DNA of 64,000 bases from the NCBI GenBank assembly GCA_964106915.2, contig OZ066916.1; one strand, 5' to 3'. Source of the DNA: Podarcis gaigeae (taxonomy: Eukaryota). Positions 1 to 13,222 of the stretch are shown in pieces; the stretch's first letter is position 1, and each line of letters starts with the position of its first letter. A model generated the notes under the pieces. That model had not been told where the DNA came from and did not search any database. It saw only the letters and a program-made list of their open reading frames with translations. A program made the translations under genes and the position numbers.

Positions 1-1234
1 AGGACACTTAGCCGCAGACAGTTCAACTTCAAAGGCCTTGAGCAAGGTAGGCCTTGATTGGCATGTGACACTTACCCAGCCAGTAGAATGCGTGACACGT
101 AGCCAGGAAAGTGCCCATGGACTTGAGGACAGCCTCCCTTCTGTGACTGAGAATGGGAGAGATGGGTAAATGTGAAATGACAAGAGGAGTGACCTGGGGA
201 AGGAGAGATGTTGGCTATGCCTGTAAAGAGGAAAATCCATCTAGGAGCTCATGAAGGTCAGGACTGGGCATACAAGCACAGGGCCAGGTAAAGAGGCACA
301 AGGCAGCAGGAGGAAGATAGTGGTTTCATTGATAGGGGATGAACCAAATCAAATGGGTAGAGCTTATTTCAGCCTAAGAAACAAAATACCCTGCAAATTT
401 GTGGTGAATCATAATAGATAAATGGGAGGTGAGTCTATCTCTGTGTGTCTTATATATAAGCATTAATGTGGCAAATGCAAAACATAACTTGGGCTAGTAA
501 CTCTTTTCAGTATCAGTCCCCTCCCCTCTGTTCACATGGTACATGTAGATTTTTACTGAGGAGAAGACTTTCCAGACCTCTGTATTTCTGCCCTCATTGC
601 AGTGTGTGCCATGGAATATGGTAGGTGGCAGAATTGTCTTTATGCAGTACCATAAATATACATCCCTTAAGTTGGTAAGGTAAACTTTAATTAGGAATTT
701 TTGCATTCGTTTTTGGTACTATTAAAAGCTATCCTTTTACGCATTATGGCTTAATAAAGATAGCAAGGCAGAGTGACAGTGAAAATAAAACATATACACA
801 CCAGTGCCTTGCATTTCTGCCATAAAAATATTGCATACTATGAAGAAAAATAAATATGTAATCTGTCCTTAGCTTTTGCATGATAGCAGCAAGAGAATGA
901 TTGATATTAGGTTAGTCATTTATTGGTGGCTCATCTGTGTTTTATTTCTGATCCTGTCAGACTGAAAAAAACTACCGGTTTTATTAAACCTGGTGATGTA
1001 CTCCATACTTGTACTTTTATTACCAGTTTGAGAAGCTACAAAATATTGGCACTCTTTAATAACAAGCACTTGATGTTTCCTTGTGTCAGCAAATTTCTTA
1101 GATTAATACCTTCTGTTTGATTGATAGAAGCCTACTGTGCGTTTTATAAGGTTCTGAGGTACTAATTTCACAAGCCTGTTATAGTAAAACTTATGTGATT
1201 CCAAGTGTGTATGCGCATGCACACAGACAGATAG

Positions 1235-1262
1235 ACACACACACACACACACACACACACAC
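1235..1262. repeat. (CA)n microsatellite
   Basis: Direct reading. Confidence 0.9.
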
Positions 1263-4200
1263 TTTACTTGAATCACGACTTCCTTCTGTGCTGCACTGAT
1301 TAACTACAATATCTTCTTTTCTTCAAAACCCCTGGGAAGTTACCATTAGTTCTTGTCAATCAGACGGCTGTACAATCAAATATTGTTCCATGCTAGTCCA
1401 ATTCTTATTTCTATGAAATCGTATTTCTACGATTTAAGTTTATGAGTTTAATTTAAAAAAAAAAAATGTCACCAGTTTTACTGGATAGCAGAGCAGAAAA
1501 ACAAAACTGAAAGAAACAACATGCCGCCTTTTAACTTTAAGTTAAAGTTAAGTGTTATGCAAACTTGCTTGGAGAGCCATAATGCATTACTTTGTCAAAA
1601 TCATAGGTACCTCTAAATATTGTTCAGACTGCAAAAGCAAGTTACAGCACAAAAGGATGCCAACAGATTTATATAAGCAACAGAAGGATTAGAAAGATAC
1701 TGTGACAGTGCAAATTAATTGCAACTTTAGTGATGTAGTCCTCCTTATGACCCTTAAATTGGTGCTTCAGTAGCATAGCTGTAACTGGACACAATGTGCC
1801 CCCTTGTTATTATGTTACTTGTTAATCACACCATAATGATTCTCTGAGCAATATGCAATAAAGGTTTATTGATTGCGTCACTTTGGATGCATTTTGTGGA
1901 AAGTGGTATAGAAATCCTTAAATAAATGAAATGAATATCTATAGCTTTATTTTGGGCACTATATCCATAGCCTGGATAAGTATACAATTTGGGCCATAGA
2001 CATTTCCCATATACCTCCTTATTACCCTGTATATTCAAATACATATCTAACAGTGTTTCTAAAAATCAATAGATTCCTTATAATAATAAGCACAGTGCAT
2101 AACATTGTCTTGAAAAAAATTGTCAGCATTGCAGTGGATCACATTCTTAAACTACTATTGAGTTGTAGAAGCAGTAGCTTCACCTGTAACCACGTTTGCA
2201 ATTACATGCACACACACACAAGACAGGAGAGAGGGCATGTGCGAGAGAGCACCAGGTGTTTTGACACTAATATTAATAGTAACTCAAAGTCAAATGTAGT
2301 TTTCTAACTAGCTGTCTTTTTGACCACTTTAATTCATCACTGGATTGATAGAGATATAGGGCAATTTCCAGTTCTGTCCTCTCTGTTGACAGAAGACCAG
2401 CATTGGTTACCACCCAATGTAACAGAAATAAATATATTTGATATGACAGAAAGGTATGTTATATATTTCTGAATATTTCAAGTTGTAGTTTAATATGATT
2501 ATTCCCCAATTTATATTTTACAGGTTTGTCTGTTAATATTTTTTCAGTTGTATGCTGTACATTATATGCTGACATTTCACAGGCAATAGAGGAGTAAGTT
2601 AAAAGAAAGAAATGTGAATATACTTCTAAAAACCCTTTATTATGTAGGAGCTTGCGCTCTCTAAAGAATTTTAGCATGTGCCAGTGTCATATATTCTGAA
2701 CATTGGGTGCTTAAAAAGGGCATTGAGCTCTCACATTAAAATATTCATTGAGTGAAGGAGAAAGTGAGCTATAATAATCTTCTGATAGGGGGGAAATCTC
2801 AAAGCTGTGTTTGACAATAGAAGACTGGTGAAAGTGATCATCATTGCAAGGGATAGAGCCCAGGAGCAGGCTCTGCCTCTGCTACCCAGTTGAAGTCTAT
2901 AGAGAAAAAGAATACATTTAAATGCTGTGCTTTATTCCTTTCCAACTTTTCTCATTTGGCCAACACACATGTCTGTGGCCTTAATTGCTAGATGTGACAG
3001 TGCATTAGCCTGGCTGTCTCAGCTGCTCAGGTCTTTTATCAAATGCACTAAGACAGATGCTAAATAGTAAGTACTAAATTGAGATCTTTGATTCTCTTGA
3101 GATAGAGTTGATAAGAAGAAGCCCACTGGTGCTAATAAAAAATGTGACCCTTTTTACATTTAAGAGGAAGAAGTGGATAGTGTTTTAAGAAGCGATATAC
3201 TAGGAGATATATTCATTTTTCCATCTTTTCCATCTTTGTAGCATGGAGTTGAAATACTTACATTAGAGTTGAAGTACTAACACATTTCCAAGGATTAATT
3301 TGACCCAGAGTCTTCAGGACACAGACCTTTTCAGGACACAGAACTTCTTTCAGTATCAGAGTTAAGACTGAAAGATACTTTTAATACATAAGAATGACCC
3401 CCAAGTATGTGCCATGGTCAATGGCCTCCAATGTAAAATTAAGGGAAAGTTTCTGAGTCAGAAACTGTGACATGCAAGGTAGGCCTGTGCCCTAGTGCCT
3501 TAATATTCCATACCAATCACTCAGAATAGCCATAGAAGAAGACCTCTTAAATGTGTTTGAGGTTGCATTGCTTTGGTCAATAAATAATTCTAAATATGGA
3601 CCATATTTTAGCAAGGGCTAACAGGCCAGCAGCATGGGCCCTGTCTGTAGGCTCACTCTGAAGGAAGCCGGGACACTGGTAAAGGGTTCGTTAATCTTCT
3701 CTGCATTCTGAACAGCAGCAGAAACCTCAGTATTGAGCATTGCCCTTAGATACTGACTCAGGCAAAGGGCTCTTGGAAAGTGGCTGCAGATGGAGGAAGG
3801 ATGTTATTGGGTTTGGGAGTTATGCTAGAGTCCAGAAGGAACACCCCCACCCCAGTTGTTTATTCTTACTTTAATATTGGTAACATTGTGTGAGCATTCT
3901 GGTTATTCAGGACATAAATGTGAACAAAGACACTTCCGTGCCACTGACATTAGTCCTCCCACCTATTATAGATTGTTCCAAGCAAACAAGCAGTAAAAAT
4001 GGCCACCATGCATACATGGACAAAATACTGCCCTTTTTGACAACAAGCATGGTGGCTTGAGAATCAGGGCTTGCAGTAGTGTAGATGCAAAGGTTTTGAT
4101 CTCAGACACAAAACAACTCCACTCCTGCTGCTTTATTCGAAGATACGTGCTAATGTGGCCAGCAGTATTATGCACACTATCACTTTCCAAGATCTTCCAC

Positions 4201-6339
4201 CCATGTCTCCTATGGCTAATGGGAAATTGGGATTGTAATGCTAAAGAACCTACTTTTCTCACTTTACCTTTATGCCATCTCAAGTCTCTTTGAACCTGCT
4301 AGGGTATACAAGACATAGGATTGTGCTACTAACCACTTCAAAGGAACGCTTCTCTTCTGCCTTACTAATTTGCAAACTGAATTTTCCCACCATTCTTTGG
4401 ACTAGCTATCTTTTTCTTGTGTTCTGTGGCTGCTGCTTTGGCAATATTTGTGCTTAATAGTTAGTTAAGGATTTTATTTATAAATTGATTTCCTTTGGCT
4501 TTATTCATGAACGGAAATCAGATGAAAACTGACAGTAATGGAATTGATAAAGGTAAAATAAAGGTGCAGAAAACGACTGCTATAGCCTTATGAGCAGTAC
4601 ACCACAAGATTGACAGAACATTCCTATTCCCAGCTGCGGAAGCAGCTGGGCAAGGCAATGCATCAGTTCAATTGCTGCAATTCAAGTCCTGCCACTTATG
4701 CTGACCAGGTTGGAAGGTGGGGGATTAATTATTGCTGTATAAGTTCCAGGCTGGTGCTGCTGGATGCCCTAAGTCAAGTCCCCTTCAGGGAGATAGACCA
4801 ATGGAGCATCTTTAGATCCATGTCTGGCTCAGCTATACCACTGCCCTGCCCTGTAACTCTCTGTTTGGGAGCCCTATACTCCCAAGTATAGAGCACCACT
4901 GGTGGTAGCTTCTCAACCACCTACATTTTCAGCATGCCCCACAGAGCGACACAACCCCCCACTCCCCCTCTGCTGGCAGAGCCAAGCAGAGGGACAACTT
5001 CACATTTCCCTAGCCCCCTCCTCCAGCATCACAGATCAGGGTCTTAGGATTGCTCTTCAAGTTCTTTTTCAACAGTTTGAGTATGCATGTTGATGGAAAT
5101 ACAGAAGAATATTCAGGAATATTCAGGAAGTAAAGAAGGGATAAAAAAAACTATTAGTAGTAGATAAATTATTCTGCATCAAAATACCAACAATAGATTA
5201 TGTTGTTTTTGTTTTTTCCTTTCTTTGTAGCATGAGATACACAGACACAAATATTAGAGGGATTGGAAGAATATTTGAGGATAAGCTTAGAATTCAAAAT
5301 GAGACTTGGACTGAAAAATATTAAATGTAATTCAGCTGGGAAGAAGTTATATAAAGTAGAATTTATAAAGGAAACACAAAATGCTAGACGGGAATATGGT
5401 TTGCTAAGGAGATTATGTTTAGTGGACAGCAATCTGAACTATTTGGGTTTCAAAAAACAACAACATAAATGTCCTTTTGCATTGCATGGACAAATGTACT
5501 GGAAATGTCATTAGCACATCATAAATAGTACAATTTTTCTCAGCATATGTTAGGTTTCTGCTAGAATAATACATCCAGCATTTGCAAGCTACACCTAGGA
5601 CACATAACTGAGATCTTCAGATATTTATGGTTTACATTTTTTACATACAGTGCAGTCCTGTGCATTTTACTCAGAAGTCAATCCCACCATACTTCTTTTG
5701 ACTTGCTCCAAGAGAAGTAATATTCTCATTTGCAAGTTGCAAACAAATAATGGCCTGGCTCAAACATAATGTTAAGCCATGGGGTGAAGTTCAATATTCC
5801 ACTCATCTAATTATTCCATTTGTGGAAGCATTGCAGCTTGCCAAATGAAACTATCCCATCTCTCTTCCTCCTGCGTACTTTTCTGTAGGTTCTCCAGACC
5901 CAACCATGAAGCCAATTGCAAAAGGAGAAGAACAGAAGTGTGTGACAGAAGTCCTTCTTCAGTGCTTCTGCTGATGGGGCTGGTTTGTTTGTCCAAAAGC
6001 TGCCAAGCAGCTTAATGATAGTTTGCTTACTGCTAGCTAACAGCATTCTGAAGCCATGCTTTGCTGTTGGCTTATGAGCCTTGGTTTGTTTTATCTATGG
6101 CTTGGGGTTGTGTCAAAACCCAACATCTTTCCTTAATAATGGCTTGCTTGGACATCACATCCCAGATGCTCACCAACTTGCAATAACGGGCAACAACAGT
6201 TGCAAAACTAAATGAACTTTGGAGAAACAATGGGGTTGTAATCCACATAAATCATAGGCAGAGTAGCCCCATTAAAATCAATTGACATCACTGGCTTCAG
6301 TCCATTAATTTGAATGGATCTATTCTGAATAGAACTTAG

Positions 6340-6746
6340 CAAGGGTGCCATCTCACTCTCAGGATTGTGGGTGCCTGCTGCCACAACGTGGACGTGCGAC
6401 GTCACATGCACGTACCTGCATGTAGTGCATGTGATGTCACATGCATTATATGCAGCTCTGTGTGTGTGACATCACACATCTGTGTTGCGGTGGCCGGCAG
6501 CAACTCCTCTTCCACTTCCTCTCTGCAGCCAGCAAGGAACCCTTTTCTGCATCTGAGGTCCCCCTTCTCCGGAAAAGGGTGCCTCATTTGCTGGCTGCAG
6601 AGGGCAGAGCTGAACTGCTTCTCTCCTGGAGGCAGTGCCGCCGCCGCCTGACGGCTATTCTCATTGACTTCGTGGGTGTCCGGCTCCCACAATTATATTC
6701 TTGTGGGTGCCCAAGCACCCACGGCACCCTGGATTTGGCTCCTATG
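6340..6746. mobile_element. Non-autonomous hAT DNA transposon (MITE)
   Basis: Perfect 8-bp TSD GAACTTAG at 6332-6339 and 6747-6754. Degenerate TIRs CAAGGGTGCCA / TGGCTCCTATG. GC-rich interior. Confidence 0.8.
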
Positions 6747-7129
6747 GAACTTAGTTGGGCACAATCCATGGTTTCATTGACTGACTGGGACTACTTGTGA
6801 ATATTCCTTATACAAACCATGACTTAGTTTGTAGAATGTCATAATACCACGTAAAAGAAATGTTGGTGCTACTAAATTTGTACAGTATTACAATGAAGTT
6901 TCAAATAAACAGATCCCCTCCCCATCCCTTTTTGTTTACAAATGCTAGGACACAAAATACAACTCCCCTGATCCAGCAGGAAAGACCTGGAAACATATAT
7001 AGTCTTCATGCTCATCTTTACCATATTGAACTGGCTGGCTGTGTCTCTTAAAGTGATCCATATATGTTAGTGTGCATCATTCGTTACACAGGACTACAAC
7101 TGGATCAGGGGCAATACTTTTTCTTAATA

Positions 7130-7371
7130 CAGTGGTACCTCGGGTTACATATGCTTCAGGTTACATACGCTTCAGGTTACAGACTTGGCTAACCCAGAAA
7201 TAGTATCTCGGGTTAAGAACTTTGCTTCAGGATAAGAACAGAAATCGTGCTCTGGTGGTACGGCGGCAGCAGGAGGCCCCATTAGCTAAAGTGGTGCTTC
7301 AGGTTGAGAACAGTTTCAGGTTAAGAACGGACCTCTAGAACGAATTAAGTACTTAACCCGAGGTACCACTG
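7130..7371. mobile_element. Tc1/mariner (pogo/Tigger-like) MITE, copy 1
   Basis: TIRs CAGTGGTACCTCGGGTTA / TAACCCGAGGTACCACTG with TA on both sides. Near-identical copies at 57819 and 63241. Confidence 0.92.
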
Positions 7372-8044
7372 TAAAGTAAGTGGGAACCCAAAGCTTAGGA
7401 AAGGAATATTGGCTGTTTCAGATCTTTTTCTTTATGTTCTATATCAAACGATTGTTCAGCCCTGTACTCACATATCTGGGAGTAAATCAGACTTAAATCA
7501 ATGAGACTGACTGCTGAGTAAACATGGTTAGTATTAGAGTTTAAGGGTTGTTATTGTTCAGGTTTAATTGAGTTTTAAGAAGTAATAAAAATGCTTTGGG
7601 GACCATCTGATTAATAAAAATCTGATATACAAGTATGTTTCACTGTTTATTTGATTTTTGTGTGACTTGCACATGAATCTTCTATACAGTTCTATTCAAA
7701 ATGCAATTAATTAAAGAGATTGTTTGGTTCCCAAATGGATGTTTATCTGTTACACAATTAAAGAACACCAGATGGAGGGGAAAAATAACTTTGCTGACAA
7801 ATGTGACTCTATAGTAAAGCCAGCTTAATCAAGCCAGTTGATTCACAAATGGAAACTTGCACAAATACGAATAGCCTGAACAGTTTGTTTTGTAAGTTAC
7901 ACTTGCCCTCAGGCAACTTTGCAATATTTAAGTGCTGAGCAGCTATGAGGATCTAAGCTAATGTTTAGGGCTAAAGGAATTTAGTGAATCAATAGGCAGA
8001 GCTGGTTTAACTGATGAATGAAACTCTCTCACACCCCATATAGT

Positions 8045-8325
8045 AATATAATAATAATTTATTATTTATATCCCACCCATCTGGCTGGATTTCCCCAGCT
8101 CCTCTGGGCGGCTCCTAACAGAATATTAAAAATGCGATAAAACATCAAACGTTTAAAACTTCCCGAAACAGGGCTGCCTTCGGATGTCTTCTAAAAGTCA
8201 GATAGTTGTTATTTCCTTGACATTTGATGGGAGGGCATTCCACAGGGTGGGCGCCACCACCGAGAAGGCCCTCTGCCTGGTTCCCTGTAACCTCACTTCT
8301 CACAGGGAGGGAACCACCAGAAGGC
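8045..8325 (-). mobile_element. L2-clade LINE 3' fragment
   Basis: Reverse complement of the 3' part of the L2 copy at 39990-40771, including the ALFREV ORF end and the ATT-rich tail. Confidence 0.88.
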
Positions 8326-9076
8326 GCAGGCATGTAGTGAGACAGAAGCAACCAGCATAATAATCTTGTGGTGTGCTCTGATAAAACACATACATACCAA
8401 TGCATGCTCACAAATGTAGGTTGGTTCAACTCAACACATACAGCTTTCTTGCCCTTGTCAGACAACTGAGGAATGCCCATAACAGTTGGAGAGAGCATGA
8501 ATGCCCACATGCTCCAAGGTCACTGGCCCAAATAGATATACCTCTGATATCCGCACATTAGATTCAGGATGAAGCAGAGCTATGCCCCTGGGAGATAATG
8601 TGTGATGAGCAAAGTAAGAAGAGTGGAAGAGGTCTCCCCATGACAATGTACCCAGCCCTCTGGGCTAGGAACTACACAAGAGGAGTCATCCAACATCTGC
8701 CTCTTCTGAACTTCAGAGGGATGGAACCCAGAAGACAGAAAGGAAAAGCACATATAAAAGGGTAACCCAATCAGTGAACAGAAAGAGTATAAGCAAACAA
8801 GGGCTCCTCCCCTACGCTGCCCACATGCAGGCCACATGTTCCACCACATCTTCACCAACAGAATGGCTCTGCTGATGGCATGTTTTGCCCATATATGTAT
8901 CATAGTAGCAGCATCTCTGACATTTTGCCAGCATAGCAGGGCTTCTACAGTATTCTATAGCTTTTCAGCCAGGGATTTTCAGTTTAGTATTGTACCCTTA
9001 GTTACTTATATTCCTTTATCATTTCTTTTAAGTATTTGTAAGTATTTGTATTACCTTACAAATCATGTTTTAAAAT

Positions 9077-9077
<1 letters not shown>

Positions 9078-9108
<31 letters not shown>
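9078..9108. repeat. (GTT)n microsatellite
   Basis: Direct reading. Confidence 0.9.
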
Positions 9109-10914
9109 AAGATTTAAGGTAGCATTTCTCCTTTATACCATATGCAGTAAATAAAGGCAAAACACTAAACAGACGCATGTAAAAATAAATAAATCATTTT
9201 TTAGCTCTTGGATAACAAAGAAATATGCTAACTTCTGTAAAAACGCAATGCCCTGTGAAACTTCCTTGAACACCTGTTAAATATTTGCTGTGAGACTCCT
9301 GAGTCGCCATTATAACTTTTTAGACGGGAGCATATTTTTATATGCTGTTTCATACATCTGCCTATAGGAATATATGCAATACATGTGACTGGTGGGCCTA
9401 TTTAATGTCATGTGAGAAATATTCATCAAGTAAAACTAGTAGTTGTGTAAATTATGCTTAAGCGGTCTGAGACAGCTTGCTTCCTCGATTTTAATGTTTC
9501 ATTTATAAGTATGGAATTTAAAAAATGGTTTAGAGTATGTAGTCACATAACATTGTATTTTTTGGAAAATGCTTTAGTACTAGTCTCTTTAAATGATGGG
9601 ACTAATGATACTCCAGGAAAAAAAGCATAAGGACTATACTAGCTAATGTGGGTGCAAAACTGAATTCCTATTTTAGTTTCTATACTGCCCTTCATTTGAG
9701 GATCATTTGAGGGTGGTTTACCAAAAAAAGGGCAAAAATAAATGTTATAAGCTTTTGTAAAAATATTGCCTTGAAGGGAGACGTGCATATAAGGAGCCTC
9801 ATGTTTCACATGATTAAGTCCCATTGTGTTGTATTGCTTTCTCCAGTTCTCTCTCTCAAGGGCTAGTTCTGTCCCCTCAGTTTATGTCCTCATTTGGGCA
9901 CACTGGCCCGTCTGCTTATTTGAGATATGACATTTGAAACCAGCCCATTAGGGTTCATTGTATAGGAGATAAGAAGAAAATGAGCTAACGTTTGTTCTTT
10001 GCACTCATTTAGCTTCTAACCAGATGTGTGAGATTTTCAGTGATTCTAAGACTGTTAGCCACTAACTTCCAATTAATCTAATTTGCATTAACTGGAATAG
10101 TATTATAATTTCCATTTTGCAATTGCGATGATTCACAGAAGAATCAAGTCACGTCTCTCTTTCTTAGCTGTGACTTTCTGCAAAGTGAACAGCTTAACTG
10201 TAAACTGCTCTAGTTATGCTTCATTATATAGTTTTGCCAGTCACAATCTTGAAAACTGTTTGGTTTTTCCCCTTGCACAACTTTCCCCTCCCACGACATC
10301 TTGCAAACTAGTTTTGAAAATCCTCTGTTTTAAAAGCAGAATACTATCCAGCTTACTGTTCAATAAATCCCAGACTTTGCCCCCAGTTTTGCACTTTTAA
10401 TCATGACTAAGACTGCAATCCTATCCCCACTTACCTGCGAGTAAACCTGATTAAATCCAATAGAACTAAACATGATTTGGATTTCACTATAATGCTGCAA
10501 TCCTGTGCACATTATTTTGGAGAAAATCCCATTGACCTCAGTGGAATTTACTACTGAGTAGGATAGGGTTGCATATAGGAGAGGGTTGCATATTTTTGCT
10601 CTCGCTACTTTTTATGGGGCATGACCCTGAAGTGTGTAGTTTGCAGAGCTATAACTTTAGTTATTCCGAATAGGATTCCTCGCAAGAATCCTTTGTTAAT
10701 GCTTTGTTAATTTTTTATTCAGGAGTTTTAAACTGAGATGCCATTTTGGATGCAACTTTTTGCCTATGCAATACTGCCCTGAAACATGCGGGTATAGGGT
10801 GGTGTATAAATTCAACAACAACAACAACAACAACAATACACACCTCCCCTGGAATTATTATTATTATTATTGAATTTATACACCACCCTATACTCACAGG
10901 TCTCAGGACATTAA

Positions 10915-11266
10915 GGGATGTGGGTGACGCTGTGGGTTAAACCACAGAGCTTAGGGCTTACTGATCAGAAGGTTGGCTGTTCGAATCCCCGTGACGGGGT
11001 GACCTCCCATTGTTCGGCCCCTGCTCCTTCCAACCTAGCAGTTCGAAAGCATGTCAAAGTGCAAGTAGATAAATAGGTACTGCTCCGGCGGGAAGGTAAA
11101 CGGCATTTACGTGTGCTGCTCTGCTTCACCAGAAGCGGCTTAGTCATGCTGACCACATGACCCAGAAGCTGTACGCAGGCTCCCTTGGCCAGTAAAGTGA
11201 GATGAGCGCCACAACCCCAGAGTTGTCTGCAACTGGACCTAATGGTCAGGGGTCCCTTTACCTTTA
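10915..11266 (+). mobile_element. Sauria SINE, full length
   Basis: tRNA-like head with B-box-like GTTCGAATCC, characteristic body (AGCAGTTCGAAAGCATGTCAAAGTGCAAGTAGATAAATAGGTAC) and ACCTTT-type tail. Near-identical to 41676-42026. Confidence 0.92.
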
Positions 11267-11289
11267 CCCTGGAATTATATATCTTTACT

Positions 11290-11433
11290 CAGTACTTTTT
11301 TTAAAAAAAATGTTTAGGGTTACTCTCATTTACCTACTCATATTGAAATACTGCCCCTCAATGAGGCCAAACTTGGATTCACAAAATGTTTAGGGGTATG
11401 CGTATCCCTGTGTACCCCCAGAAAAAAGCACTG
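11290..11433. mobile_element. hAT MITE (CAGTGCTTTTT-type TIR)
   Basis: TIRs CAGTACTTTTT / AAAAAAGCACTG. TSD TCTTTACT / TCTGTACT (7/8). Inverted relative of 42312-42486. Confidence 0.8.
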
Positions 11434-11858
11434 TCTGTACTACCAACTCCCAATGTACAATTTACCTCCTCTCCTAGTACCAATTCCCAATGGGTATATC
11501 ACCTCTAATGTGTGCTAAATTTTATGAATAATTATTCACAGATTATGCACCTGATGGTTAACATTTTCATTTTAAGTCTGTTTTAAGACTGCTCATGAAG
11601 TGAAATGCCATTGCAAACAAAATCATGTGTATTCATTTGAAAACCACCTTGTGTTTCCTATACCTGCTAATTCTCCATCAAGAAAAACCCTGGGACAAAT
11701 ATTCCATGGAAAACACTGACAGTGAATGTTTGACATTGGTGACATGTGGCACTCTGATTTCTTAGCCAATTTGGTTAAATCTCTAATTTAATCACAAATG
11801 TATTTCTTGATACAGACAAATTTTGTGTGATGGGTTTTTAATTTATTATTTTTTTTAG

Positions 11859-11993
11859 GTGAAAGGTCCCCCAGCAGCAGGAGCATTTAAAGAAAGACCA
11901 ACAAAGCCTACAGCATTTCGCAAGTTTTATGAGCGAGGTGACTTCCCAATCGCCCTTGAGCACGATACAAGAGGAAACAAAATAGCCTGGAAG
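11859..11993 (+). CDS. PACRG: PACRG internal coding exon (orthologous to mammalian exon 2), 135 bp, phase 0/0
   Basis: T-rich tract plus AG at 11857-11858 and GTAAGT donor at 11994. Translates without stops as [45 protein letters not shown], which matches the remembered PACRG segment ([43 protein letters not shown]). Confidence 0.96.
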
Positions 11994-13222
11994 GTAAGTC
12001 AGGGCGCAGCTGTGACAGCCAGCTGCGCTTATTGAAGTGACATCTCTCATTGCCAAAAAAACGTAGGCTTATAAGTAAATAAAGTGGAGTAATTTCTTAG
12101 CAAATAGAAGATGGTGGGAGAGCAGTTAGAGAGTGGCCTCCTGAGTCAGCCATCTACCTTGGCTAACAATTAAATTATATGCTGCAAAAAAGGAAAATGA
12201 CAGAGTTGCTTTGCCTTAGAGAATTGTCTCCCGCTCAATTCATCTCTATTTTTATGAGGACCTGGCAACCCAGCCTATTTCAGGCAGTCCATCAAATGAT
12301 GGAAGTGGCTGGATACAGTGAGCAGCAGCCATTTATCTCCCCCCAAATTTCACCTTCCTGCAGGACAGTTCCAAATGGAAGCTTTAATTACCTAAATGGA
12401 TAGGTCAAGATTGCCTGCTCCCTTGAAATGCAGAGCAGAATACAAACGAAGGCAGATTCTCATTCCACGGCTGCACTCCCAGTCTGCAGCATATGTCAGA
12501 CAGCGTAATCGCTGTCATACGTGCCCCTGTTAGAGGCTGACCTCCACTGCTGAAACCATTATGGTTCCGACATCTCTGACAAAAGGTTAATTGGCTTCAA
12601 AATAAATGTATTGCCTAATGACTTCATTCTAATGCAGCAGTGTTTCTCTCTAAAAGGCTTGGTGATGTTATTTGTAAAACTTGCCAATCTTTTAAGTAAC
12701 TAGAGCAGGCTTTTAAATTTAATTTGAAAAATGAATGCTGATCTTTAACCTGCTCTTTCTATTTAATTATTTTGGTTATCAAAGAATGACTTTCCTTTTA
12801 TGTATGTGTGTGTGTGTTGGGGTGACTGTGTGTCTCTGTATGCAATTTATTGGGCTGGGTTCAGATTTTTCTGGAAACAGAATAAAGGATAACCCAAAAA
12901 TTGGGCATTCTTTGAATGAGGGAGAAAAGACCTAACTTATTATTTGGATGTTTATGTGGGTCCTGTTGAAAATGACCTTAATTTAAGCTGCTGTAGTTTT
13001 GTTAATAAAAACAAAAACAGATATGACTAGTAGGGTCACTGAGTGAATAATATTTACTGTATTATTTATGAAATGACTAAACAATTTGTTATGTACAAAA
13101 CATATCAAACAATTAGATCCTACCTGCAAGTTTTTAATATAATTTAATGGATGCATTTGGCTCCGTTTTTAGATGGGCACAACTAATGATCTAACAGAAA
13201 ATTGAATTTCTGCTTGACATTA

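Larger units (their letters stand above)
1..11858 (+). other. PACRG: PACRG intron upstream of the exon (3' part)
   Basis: Ends in TTTTTTAG. No PACRG first exon or PRKN/PACRG CpG-island promoter is visible. Confidence 0.7.

Noticed and set aside
10915-10995. tRNA gene
   Set aside because: This is the tRNA-derived head of a Sauria SINE and forms no complete cloverleaf.
11838-12056. 72-aa minus-strand ORF
   Set aside because: Antisense shadow of the PACRG exon.
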